Assembly: GCA_951406725.2 (NCBI GenBank)
Contig: OX597838.1
Location: forward strand, 36,022,001-36,086,000
DNA: 64,000 nucleotides
DNA from: Octopus vulgaris
Taxonomy: Eukaryota
Direction: 5' to 3'
Shown here: in pieces, positions 52,156 to 64,000 of the stretch
Position numbering within the stretch: position 1 is the first letter of the stretch
Layout: each line of letters begins with the position of its first letter
Position numbers and translations under genes: made by a program
The notes under the pieces: model-generated
The model's database searches: none
What the model was told of the DNA's origin: nothing
What the model saw: the letters and a program-made list of their open reading frames with translations, nothing else

Positions 52156-53159
52156 ATATATACACATACATAAGTACATACACACATACATATATATGTA
52201 TGCATATATGCATGTATGTGTATATATATATATGTGTATACACATACATAAGTACCTACACACATACTTACATATACATGTATGTATGTATATATGTATG
52301 CATGTATGTGTATACAATATAAACATATCTATATACACATACATAAGTACATACACACACACACACATATATATATACATACACACGTACATAGACCTAA
52401 TTTGTGTATGATGTGTGTGTGTGTGTGTGTGTGTGTGTTGGAGTGAAAGTTACATTATGTATCACTAGCAAAAATTAAACTAGAACAAAATGAAACAAAA
52501 AGCTAATAAACCCATTGATAAAAATGTGTATACATGCAATATCAGGGTATACCTGCACAGCTCAGCTCCACCCCATCCCACCCGAATGGAATCTTGTTTT
52601 GATATGTTCAGTATATGCAATGTGTATTCTATATGTGTGTGTCAGTGTGTGATTGTATATGCATGTATGTATATATGTGTGTGTATGTATATGTGTTTGT
52701 GTTTACGTATTTATGTGTATATATATTTACATTTATATATGTGTATATTTATATATATATATGTGTGTCTATGTGTGTATATGTATGTATATGCACTCCA
52801 TTTTGCATAAAATATATATTATAATGGGTCTCGAGATATATAAAATGTTTATATATCCATTTATGTGAGTGTGTGTGTGTATATATATGTGTGTGTGTAT
52901 GTGTATATGTGCACACACACATGCATATAAATATATACGTACATGCACATGTGTGTATATATATGTGTGTGTATGTATGTATGTATGTATATATGTGTGT
53001 GTGAGTATGTATATATATATATATGTGTATGTATGTATATGTATATATATGTGTATGTATATATATCTGTGTGTGTGTATGTATGTATATATATATATAT
53101 GTGTGTGTGTGTATGTATATATATATATGTATGTTTATATATGTGTGTGTGTGTGTATA

Positions 53160-53279
53160 TATATATACACACACATATATAAACATACATATATATATAT
53201 CCATACCTACACACACACATATATACATATACACACACATGCACATAAAGTTTGTAACAAGCTCACAACTTGTTTCTAA

Positions 53280-53323
<44 letters not shown>

Positions 53324-53443
53324 TATATATAAACATACATATATATGTATCCATACATACACACACACATATATACATATACATATATACACACACATGC
53401 ACATAAAGTTTGTAACAAGCTCACAACTTGTTTCTAACTAATA
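53160..53443. repeat. About 155-bp direct tandem duplication
   Basis: cataaagtttgtaacaagctcacaacttgtttctaactaatat occurs twice. Confidence 0.85.
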
Positions 53444-53669
53444 TGGTAGATAAGAATTCCTGTAGAAATATACCATTAAGTAGAGTTAGTGCTGGACTGG
53501 AATGATATGGAGAGAAAATGTAATTTAAAATTTTTTGAACATTAGTTTGAAGATAATGTACTCAATATTTCCATATTCTTTGACTAAAAACAAAACACAG
53601 AACGAATGCGAGTGTGGGAGTGAGTGGAGGGGGAGGTGCAGCTCGCATGTGTGTGTGAAGTCGTATAAA

Positions 53670-53719
<50 letters not shown>

Positions 53720-53800
53720 CAACTGCAGTGTTTGATGTCTGCTTTACCATTCTAGCTTGTGTGGATTGGCTGGTACTCAACGTTGTTTTTTTTTTTGAGG

Positions 53801-54211
53801 TACTCTTTTACTCTTTTACTTGTTTCAGTCATTTGACTGTGGCCATGCTGGGGCACCGCCTTTAATCGAGCAACTCGACCCCGGGACTTATTCTTTGTAA
53901 GCCCAGTACTTATTCTATCGGTCTCTTTTTGCCGAACTGCTAAGTGACGGGGACATAAACACACCAGCATCGGTTGTCAAGCAATGCTAGGGGGACAAAC
54001 ACAGACATACACGCACACACACATATACATATATATATACATATATACGACGGGCTTCTTTCAGTTTCCGTCTACCAAATCCACTCACAAGGCTTTGGTC
54101 GGCCCGAGGCTATAGTAGAAGACACTTGCCCAAGGAGCCACGCAGTGGGACTGAACCCGGAACCATGTGGTTGGTAAACAAGCTACTTACCACACAGCCA
54201 CTCCTGCGCCT
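53801..54211 (-). mobile_element. SINE-A
   Basis: Matches consensus. Confidence 0.9.
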
Positions 54212-54324
54212 ATGTATTTTGGCTGGATGCTCTTCCTGTCACTAACTTATTCAACTCTTTCACCTCGTACATCACCCTCGAGTGTGTTGTACATATTCCA
54301 AAAGCAGGATCTGCACAGTAGTCT

Positions 54325-54632
54325 GTGTATATGTGTTAGGGTGTTCGGCTCACAACTGTAAGGTTGTGAGTTCAATGCTCAGTGGCATGTTGTCTCCAAG
54401 ACACTTTATTTCACATTTCTCCAGTTCACTCCGCTGGCAAGAATGAGTTGTACCTGTATTTCAGACGCCAGCCTTGTCACACTCTGTGTTACACTGAATC
54501 TCCCTGAGAACTACGTTAAGGGTATGCATGTCTGTGGAGTATTCAGCCACTTGAATGTTACTTCCACAAGCAGGCTTTTCCGTTGATTGGATCAACTGGA
54601 ATTCTTGTTGTCATAACCAACAGAGTGCCAGT
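54325..54632 (+). mobile_element. SINE with an E-type head/CORE region and a D-type 3' body
   Basis: acactttatttcac...aatgagt followed by tgtacctgtatttc...gagaactacgttaagggt. Confidence 0.7.
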
Positions 54633-54633
54633 A

Positions 54634-54684
<51 letters not shown>

Positions 54685-54999
54685 AAGGATGACCTGTAAG
54701 TGGACATCCATTATGCTAGAAGAAGATCCGCTATTGGTCTTACCACTAAGAAAGGAATGTTCTCAAGAAAATTTAGCAAATGCCAGAATGTAAGCAAACA
54801 AGTCAAATAAAAAGATACGAAAGATAGATTAATCAAAAGCCAGGTTTCATTGTTAATGCTAACGTAATAATTTACATAATTATCTGCAGCTCATCAGTAT
54901 GATCGTCTTCGCAAATATAATTTGCAGAACTATACACGAAACATCTGCTTGAGATTGAACATGTATACAGTTCTACCAATTACAATTGGGGCGACATTT

Positions 55000-55069
<70 letters not shown>

Positions 55070-55249
55070 CATACATACATACATGGATTGATGGAATTTC
55101 ATAAATGACAGAGAAATAGTTTCATGAAATTTTAACAAAAAGACAATTCAAGTAACATGACAAATATCCTCTTAGTGTTATTGCATTAGAATTAAAAGTG
55201 AAAGAATGAAAGTGAAACAGTATTATATCACATTACACTATAGATGTTA

Positions 55250-55449
55250 TTGTTTCACTTTTGACAGTCTAAAAGTTTGCTCCGGGCCTGCATTAGGCAA
55301 GAAACTGACACTCCATGGACCAAAAGTAATGCATGTGTAAAATTTATGGAGCCTAAGTAATGCATGTGTGAAATTTGAATGATATTGGTTGGGCAGTTCT
55401 CAAGTTTTAGGGCTTCATACACACATATTCTCAGTTTTATATGTATAGA
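55250..55449 (-). mobile_element. Possible Helitron-like 5' fragment
   Basis: Minus strand begins A|TCTATACATATAAAA; 3' CTAG end not identified. Confidence 0.4.
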
Positions 55450-55476
55450 TAGATAAATGCTTTGTAGAATGATACA

Positions 55477-55702
55477 TTAACTCTTTTGATACCAATGTGG
55501 CTGAATCTGGCTCTGGCTCTGTAGTATAAATCTCTTGTTTTCAAAAGTTCTCAATTAAAATCTTCCAACTTAGTCACAATTTATGTTCCTAACAGCAGCT
55601 TAATGATAACTAATTTATTTTTCCTAAATTCTTTGTTATATTTAAAATTAATTGAAAGAAACACAGAACATCGCTACAGAAATATGGTAACGAAAAGGTT
55701 AA
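55477..55702 (-). mobile_element. piggyBac-type MITE, same family as 23252
   Basis: TTAA termini; reverse complement of the 23252 body. Confidence 0.8.
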
Positions 55703-56023
55703 AGAGATTTTTTTATGAGAAATACTGGATTACCTGAATCCGTATATGTGGCTTAAATTCACACACACACAAACACACACATAGCTGGAAAAAGATTAGA
55801 GATCTATACAAATCAAAGTTTTACATATAAAAAACATGGATGTGGAAATAGAACAGAATTTCAAATTTTCATAAATTTTTACTAATATTTGATCAGATTA
55901 AATACATCGAAACTGGTAATATAAATATTTTCATTTATATAATTTTTTATCAAATTCTTTCTTAAACTGAAGTGTCTTAGGCTTTATTCTGTGCTATTTC
56001 CACCTCCACCGTTTATATGTATA

Positions 56024-56400
56024 TCATCATCATCATCTTCATCATCGTTTAACGTCCGCTTTCCATGCTAGCATGGGTTGGACGATTTGACTGTGGTCTG
56101 GTGAACCAGATGGCTGCACCAGGCTCCAATCTGATCTTGCAGAGTTTCTACAGCTGGATGCCCTTCCTAACGCCAACCACTCCGAGAATGTAGTGGGTGC
56201 TTTTACAGGCCACCAGAACGAGGGCCAGTCAGGCGGTACTGGCAACGACCATGCTCAAATGGTGCTTTTTATGTGCCACCTGTACAGGAGCCAGTCCAGC
56301 GGCACAGGCAACGACCTTACTTGAATGATTTTTCACGTGCCTCCAACATAAGTGCCAATAAGTCAATGCAGGTAACGATCACGCTCAAATGGTGCTTTAT
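56024..56400 (-). mobile_element. SINE-C
   Basis: (CAT)n tail and body with tandem units. Confidence 0.8.
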
Positions 56401-56429
56401 ATATATCAGCCCTTTTTCTTTGTTTTTTT

Positions 56430-56788
56430 TTTTTTACTTCCGTCGGTCATTAGACTATGGCCATACTGGTGCACTGCCTTGAAGAATTTTTTGAAGCCTG
56501 GTGCTTATTCTGATGGTTTCCTTTACCGAATCGCTAAGTTACGGGTACGTAGACACACCAATATTGGTTGTCAAGTGGTGGTAGGGAACAAACACACACA
56601 CAAACTCAGTCACACATACACACACATACATATGGGCTTCTATCAGTTTCCGTCTACCGAATCCACTCACAAAGCTTTGGTCTTAGCCCGAGGCTATAGC
56701 TGAAGACACTTGCCCAAGGTGTCATGAAGTGGGACTGAACCCTGAACCACGTGGTTTGGGAAGCAAACTTCTTACCACACAGCCGCAA
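56430..56788 (-). mobile_element. Old SINE-A
   Basis: Diverged match. Confidence 0.7.
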
Positions 56789-56795
56789 ATGCACT

Positions 56796-57160
56796 TTACT
56801 CTTTACTCTTTTACTTGTTTCAGTCATTTGACTGCGGCCATGCTGGAGCACCGCCTTTAGTCGAGCAAATCGACCCCGGGACTTATTCTTTGTAAGCCCA
56901 GTACTTATTCTATCGGTCTCTTTTGCCGAACCGCTAAGTGACAGGGCCGTAAACACACCAGCATCGGTTGTCAAGCAATGCTAGGGAGACAAACACAGAC
57001 ACACAAACACACACACATACATATATATATATACATATATACGACAGGCTTCTTTCAGTTTCCGTCTACCAAATCCACTCACAAGGCATTGGTCAGCCCG
57101 GGGCTATAGCAGAAGACACTTGCCCAAGATGCCACGCAGTGGGACTGAACCCGGAACCAC
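56796..57160 (-). mobile_element. SINE-A, 5' truncated, with flanking duplication
   Basis: accacacagcc(g/a)caaatgcacttt occurs at about 56774 and 57156. Confidence 0.9.
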
Positions 57161-58787
57161 ACAGCCACAAATGCACTTTCTGGAATTATCCATGAAATCT
57201 CTCTTGGCTCGCACATTACCATACATAATTACGAAGGATGCATTGAATAACGAGCCCCTTAATACACAAAATCAGTGAGCGGAACACAGGTTTGGTTGAT
57301 AAGGGTTGATTGAGGTCCTGTGACCATGGAAAACATAAAGGGGTGGATAATGTGGACATTATCCACCCCTTTATGGAATACTCTAGGGGAAACAGAGATA
57401 ACTGAATATGGTTAGTGATTTAGTGTAGTACTACGAATTCTGTTAGGTATCTATTTAGTTAATTACTCATTTTGGAACCATTAATGAGCTTGTGATAACG
57501 ACATCGTCAAAGGATCGATTAGGATGAGAAATGATTTTGAGGTGGTGACCAGCCAGCATGGGTACTTACGTGTAGGGTGCTTAGGTGAAGAATTATGATG
57601 AGGCTAAAGGGAGAGGGAAGAAGAAGGAGATGAGAGGAAGGAGGAGAAAGATTTGAGGAAGAAAATGAAGGAAAAGAAGTCACAGGATAGGGTGAGGGAG
57701 TGGAGAAAAGAAAGGGATGAAGTGGGAGGTGAAGATGTGAGGAGAGAGGAGAATGATTTGAAGAGGAAAATGAAAGAAAAGAAGTGGAAGGAGATGATGA
57801 GGGGCTAGAGAGAAGAAAGGGATGGAGAAGAAAATGAAAGGAAAGAAGTCATAGGAGAGGGTGAGGGAGTGGAGAAAAGAAAGGGATGAAGAAGGGATGA
57901 AGTGGGAGGTGAAGATGTGAGGAGAGAGGAGAATGATTTGAAGAGGAAAATGAACAAGGAGTCAAAGGAGATGATGTGGCTGGGGTGGGTGGAAGTGGGG
58001 GGAAGAGATGATATAAAAAGAGGAAGAGGAGAGGAGGAAAAAGAGGAAGGAGAGAAGAGAAGGAAGCGAAAGAGAAAGAAGGAAGGAAAAAAAAAGACAA
58101 ATGAGAAAGATTGGAGAAAATAAATGATGCTGATCGTGATGATGATGACGACGACGGACGACGATGGCGATGATGATGATGGCGGAGATCATCTACTTCT
58201 ATCTTCAACATCTCCTTCAAATACTTTCTGGCATTAGAAACGGTGGAGGGGGGAAGAGGAGGTGAGGAGGAGGATGAGGAGGAGTGGTTGAGTATTGTTT
58301 TGTAGATGTAACGACTTTAATTAAGAGGGTGGGATTCTTTTCAAACGATGCTCTCTCTTCGCTAAGAGCAGCAGAAACGACGAGAAGGAGAGAAAGGAGA
58401 TGGAGAAGAAGAAGAAGAAGAAGAAGAAGGAGAAGAAGAAGACAAGAAAAGAAAAAGAGGAAGGAACTTGCCAAGGAGTTTCTTCTCTTTCTCTGAAGGA
58501 TGTCTGTAAGAATCTGAAGAACCCCGGCATTGAGGGAAAACAAAAGGCACGGAATAACACGCATGATTGCAAGACGCATACGAATGACTGTGTGTGTGTG
58601 TGTGTGTGTTTATGCATTGATCTGTGTATGAACCCGTGTGTGTGCGTATTAGCATGTGGTCTTGTGTGTGTGTTGGCTTCATTTTCACCTTATCCTGTTT
58701 ACTGGCTTAATCACAATGAAAGGTGCAAGATTACAGAAAATGGAATTTCTCTTATTGGAGATTAGATTATCTCTTCATTTCACACCT

Positions 58788-59620
58788 GTAGTAATAGTAG
58801 TAGTAGTAGTGGTAGTAGTAGTAGTAGTAATAGTAGTAGTAGTAGTAGTGGTAATAGTAGTAGTAGCAGCAGCATCAGCATCACCATCAGTAGTAGTAGT
58901 AGTGGTGGTGGTGGTGGTGGTGGTGGTGGCGATGGTGGCAGCAGTAGTAGTGGTGGCGGTAGTGGTAGTAATAGTAGTGGTAATTGTGGTTATGGTGGTG
59001 GTGTGTTAGTAACACTGAGGGTGGTAGTAGTAGTAATAGTAGTAGTAGTAATAGTAGTAATAGTAGTAGTAGTAGCAGCAGCAGCATCACCATCAGTTGT
59101 AGTAGTAGTGGTGGTGGTGGTGGTGGTGGTAGTGGAGGAAAAGGTTGTGGTGGTGACAGTGGTGATGGTTGCAGGCTGGTAAAATGGTAGTAGTAGTATT
59201 AAGGGTGCTGGTGATAGTGTTGGTGGTGTTAATGGTGCTGGTCGTGATGGTGAAGGTGGTAGCAGTGGGGGGTACGGTGGTGGTATTGGTAGCACTAGTA
59301 GTGGTGTTGAGACTTAGTATCAGTGGTGTTAGCAATAGCAGTAGTTGTGGTAGTGGCAGTGGTGTTAGTAATTAGTGCTGGTGGTAGCCACAGCAGTGGT
59401 GGTGGTGGTGGTGGCAGTGGTGTTAGTAATTAGTGCTGGTGGTAGCCACAGCAGTGGTGGTGGTGGTGGCGATGGTGGTGGCAGCAGTCATGGTGCTGGT
59501 AGTAGTACTAGTGGTAGTAGTACTAGTGGTAATTTTGGTTATGGTGGTGGTGGTAGTGATGGTGTGTTAGTAACACTGAGGGTGGTAGTAGTAGTAGTAG
59601 TAGTAGTAATGGTAATAGGA
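58788..59620. repeat. (GTA/GTG)n low-complexity tract
   Basis: Direct inspection. Confidence 0.9.
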
Positions 59621-59740
59621 AGAGGAGGAGGGGGAGTAGCAGCCTGTCCTCAAGTGATATAAGCTTTACTCTCTGTCTGGCTTTATCTGGCAAACCAGAC
59701 ATTTTTGGTGACATCAAAATATTGGTTTATATATATACAT

Positions 59741-59895
59741 GAGTGGCTGTGTGGTAAGTAGCTTGCTAACCAACCACATGGTTCCGGGTTCAGTCCCACT
59801 GTGTGGCACCTTGGGCAAGTGTCTTCTGCTATAGCCTCGGGCCGACCAAAGCCTTGTGAGTGGATTTGGTAGACGGAAACTGAAAGAAGCCTGTC

Positions 59896-59943
<48 letters not shown>

Positions 59944-60144
59944 TTGTGTGTCTGTGTTTGTCCCCCTAGCATTGCTTGACAACCGGTGCTGGTGTGTTTA
60001 CGTCCCCGTCACTTAACGGTTCGGCAAAAGAGACCGATAGAATAAGTACTGCGCTTACAAAGAATAAGTCCCGGGTTCGATTTGCTTGACCAAAGGCGGT
60101 GCTCCAGCATGGCCGCAGTCAAATGACTGAAACAAGTAAAAGAG
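59741..60144 (+). mobile_element. SINE-A
   Basis: Matches consensus. Confidence 0.9.
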
Positions 60145-60939
60145 TATATATATATATATATATTGGATTTATTTATTTATAATAGAGGTTCTGTCTGTCT
60201 GTCTGTCTCTATCTCTCTCTCTCTCTTTCTCTCTCTCGTTCTCTTGCTGTTGCTGTCACATGACCATGGGAGGAAGAGCAAAGATCGGGAGAGTCTTGGT
60301 TGGGACATTTTTAATCAGAGATCTGATGGATCAAGTAGGACCTGGGGTTAAACGGCAGCAACAACAACAGCTATGATGATGATGATGATCACACTACCAC
60401 CACCATCACCTCCACCATCTAGAACAAGCACTACACCACCATCACCATCACCACCACCCCAACATCAACAAAGATAACAGCTGTCTGAATGTCAACAAAT
60501 TAGGGAAGACGTCATTAAATTGTTCTTGGTCTGCTAGAAATAGCAACAAAATCCCACTGAAATTTTACTCTCAACATCTGAAAAAAGGAAGGAAACTTTA
60601 GCTAATGTAATTCATAATGTGTGACTTGAGGAAGTGTGTGGATTTGGCATGGTTACAGTGTCCTTTTTGTTCAATCTGTTTGAATTGGAGTGAAACTGCA
60701 ACACTAACCACAACTCCACCCTCACTATCGCTGGCAACACCATTACCAACATCACTGCCACCAACAACACCACCACCAACACCTACACTATTACCACCAC
60801 TGCTCCACCACCACCACCATCATCACCAACACTATCCCCACCACCACCACCACCACCACTACCACCACCATTACCATCATCACCACCAACACCTACACTA
60901 TCACCACCATTGCCCCACCACCACCATCACCAACACTAC

Positions 60940-61152
60940 CTATTTCTTTATTACCCACAAGGGGCTAAACACAGAGAGGACAAACAAGGACAGACAAACG
61001 GATTAAGTCGATTATATCAACCCCAGTGCATAACTGGTACTAAATTTATCGACCCAGAAAGGATGAAAAGTAAAGTCGACCTCGGCGGAATTTGAACTCA
61101 GAACGTAACAGCAGACGAAATACGGCTACACATTTCGCCCGGCGTGCTAACG
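60940..61152 (-). mobile_element. SINE-B, full-length, inside an (ACC)n tract
   Basis: Matches family B. Confidence 0.85.
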
Positions 61153-61680
61153 TTTCCGCCAGCTCGCCACCTACACTACCACCATTATCACCAACACTAC
61201 CACCACCACCACCAACACTACCACCACCAACACTACCACCACCAACACTACCACCACCAACACTACCACCACCAACACCAACACTACCAATACTAACACT
61301 ACCACCACCATTACCATCACCACCATTGCCCCACCATCACCAATACTGTCCCCTCACCATCAACACTATCCCCACCACTACCATCACCACAACCACCACT
61401 GCGAGCACTACCACCATATCAACCCCACTAACACTACTGTCTACAGTAACACCTTTATTGCCATTCACAACAGTGACAAATCTAATGGCACCACCACCAC
61501 CACCACCACCACCACCACCAGGGATTCAGTTTATTAATTATGTGTTTTGATTGCATGCAGTGGCGGTGGGGAGGTTGACCATTCCAGCAGACCAGTGAAT
61601 TCTATCTGTTACATCATGTCTAGAAAAGAAAGCTGGTTGCTAAAATACATGGCAATGTTTTGGGAGTTTAGAGTTTAGAT

Positions 61681-61728
<48 letters not shown>

Positions 61729-62919
61729 GAAGGCAGATGGAATAGAAAAGAGAATTGAAGAAGGTGCAACAGTAAGAGGGGGTTGGTGTGGATCAGTGTG
61801 TGTGGTGGGAGTAGCTTAGATGAAAGTGGGAGGAGAAGGGAAAAAGCAGAAGAGACGAGTAGGAGGGAGAAGATAAATGAAGGCGGGGCAAATAGAGGGA
61901 GGAGCAAATGACAGCTGTAGGAGGAGCAAACAGGAATAGGAGAAGGAGGAGAAGGAAATGAAAGTGAGCTGGAGAAGCAAATAGCTGGAGGAAGAGGAGG
62001 CAGGAAAGGAAACGGATGAAGGCGGAGCAAACAGGAAGAGAAGGAGGAAAAGGAGACAGATGGTGGAGCAAACAGGAGGAGGAGAAAAAAACAGGATAAA
62101 AGAAGGAGGAGGAGAAAGACAAGACAAAAGAAGGAGGAGCAACAGGAGGAGGAGGAGGCAGAGGGGGAAGGAAAAGAAAATACGAAGGAGGAGCAAACAA
62201 CAAGAGGAGGCGGAGACAGAAAAAAGCGAAGAAAAAATTACATGAAAAGAAAACAACAAACAAAATAGCAGGAAAATTTCAATTCATTTATTTTACCAGC
62301 AACGATAGACACAAGTTTTATCATTAATAATTTTAATTCTAATATTAATGGTTTCTTACATGTGTATAACACCATACATTGAGGTCACAGGTGAGAGAAC
62401 AGTCGATTACATCAATTCGAGTCCTTTGATCAGTTCTTTATACGGCGAAGATGAAAGGCAAAGTTGACCTCAGCAGGATTTGAACTCAGAGTGTAAAGCA
62501 GTGTAACTAAATATTACATGAGATTTTAGTCTGAATCTGCCACTCCCTGCGAAGGATGCATGAACTGGTGGTTAGGCTGTCATGTTCTCAATCGCAAGAT
62601 TGTGGTTTCAATTCTTGAACTCCGCAGTGCATTATGTTCTTGAGCAAAACGTTTCATTTGCATTGCCCCAGTTCACTCAGCTGCCAATGGGTAACCCTGT
62701 TATGGATTGGTTGTTCTGCCCAGGATTAATGTTTTAATCTCAGCCAGTTATACCCCATGGAATCCATGCATCTGTCTCTATGAGTTCCAGGTCTTGGGAC
62801 GGTACCTACTGTCTACTTTCAGTATTGCATTTACACTTCCACTGGTTTTGGTTAGTGGGTTGTTGCTGGCCCTTATTCTGTCGTTCCCTTTTGACAAACT
62901 GCTAAGTAAAATGGATCCT

Positions 62920-63268
62920 TTTATTTTTTTAATTCAGTCATTTGATTGACTGTGGACCCCTTGAAGGGTTTTAGTTGAACAAGCTGACCCCAGGACTAAT
63001 GTCCTAAGTCTAGTACTTACTCTGTCAGTCTCTTTTGCCAAACCACTAAGTTAGGGGGACGGAAATACACCAACACCAGTTGCCCCTCCCCCTACACACA
63101 TGCACAACAGGCTTCTTTCAGTTTCCATCTATCAAATCCGCTCACAAGGCTTTGGTCAGTCCAAGGCTATAGTAGAATACACTTGCCCAAGGTGCCATGC
63201 AGTGGGACTGAACCCAGAACCATGTGATTAGGAAGTAAGCTTCTTACCACACAGTCACACTTGTACCT
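62920..63268 (-). mobile_element. Old SINE-A
   Basis: Diverged match. Confidence 0.7.
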
Positions 63269-63575
63269 ATATATATGTATATATATATGTATATATATGA
63301 TGAGTTTTTTCAGTTTCTGCTTACCACATCCACTCACAAGGCTTCAGTTGGCATTCAGCCATAAATAGAACTGGCCCAGGGTGCCATGCAGTGGGATTGA
63401 ACCTGAAACCATGTGGATGAGAAGCGAACTTACTACACATCCATGTTTGTCGTGTACTACATGAAGAATTTCGTAAAATAACTTTGTTGCTTGAAGGTAA
63501 CCTGTCTAGGCAAGCAGTAACGCTAAAAAAAAACAAACAGAAAATATAACAAAGCTAACAATAAATTTGTCTAAT

Positions 63576-63757
63576 AGGTGCAGGAGTGGCTGTGTGGTAA
63601 GTAGCTTGTTTACCAACCACATGGTTCCGGGTTCAGTCCCACTGCGTGACACCTTGGGCAAGTGTCTTCTACTATAGCCTCGGGCCGACCAAAGCCTTGT
63701 GAGTGGATTTGGTAGACGGAAACTGAAAGAAGCCTGTCGTATATATGTATATATATA
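63576..63757 (+). mobile_element. SINE-A 5' half, cut at its central (TA)n by an RTE LINE
   Basis: Matches consensus up to the microsatellite. Confidence 0.85.
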
Positions 63758-64000
63758 TTATTGTATTGTATTGGCATCCTTTCTGTCTCGGGAGACAATG
63801 GAGTTGCGCATTTTTTTTTTTTTTTTTTTTTCCTAGGTCTAGTCCGGCTGTTATATTTTATTTCCTGTTACATTTCTTGCTGTGGCTGTGTAGTCCTATC
63901 CTGGACAAACACTCCCTCTGGCAGGTACTGCAAATGTAGCGAAGACTGTTCCTGGCTGGTTGTAGTGCCATGGTCTCTTGTTTATGTCTCTTTCTTTCTT
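63758..64000 (-). mobile_element. 3' end of an RTE (BovB-like) LINE, extends beyond the window
   Basis: Minus strand ...YICSTCQRECLSRIGLHSHSKKCNRK* (stop at 63858-63860), the terminal C2H2-like SRIGLxSH motif; 3' UTR hairpin tgtctc-cc-gagaca and (AATAC)n tail. Confidence 0.85.

Noticed and set aside
58120-58580. Charged or hydrophobic ORFs that might be a downstream Srrm exon or a signal peptide
   Set aside because: Dominated by (GAA)n; no convincing splice pair or similarity to the expected ETHQ/AFGI segment

Overview
Eukaryotic (animal) genomic DNA, almost entirely non-coding. It is saturated with microsatellites and tRNA-derived SINEs, a landscape typical of Octopus/coleoid cephalopod genomes; the organism is inferred, not proven. 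Nearly all ORFs in the supplied track are translations of simple repeats or SINEs. The one host exon I recognise is a 99-nt + strand exon (43940-44038) encoding the second half of a Cwf21 domain (YSPDEIEHKVSMFRKMLMEKEGV), i.e. the SRRM2/3/4 (Srrm234) splicing-factor gene. Much of the window is therefore probably its long introns. Other content: about 5 SINE families (my labels A-E), TTAA-flanked piggyBac-type MITEs, a non-autonomous Helitron, and Tc1/mariner, RTE and CR1-like fossils. Most notable: (i) a ~140-bp inverted repeat bracketing the Cwf21 exon, plus a duplicated copy of its branch-point region upstream; (ii) four minimal hammerhead-ribozyme-like motifs, one with an intact core and a very long stem II, and one inside a tRNA-headed SINE-like element; (iii) several fold-back palindromes and closely spaced inverted SINE pairs that could form dsRNA. 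Boundaries of repeats are approximate (roughly +/-10-20 nt).
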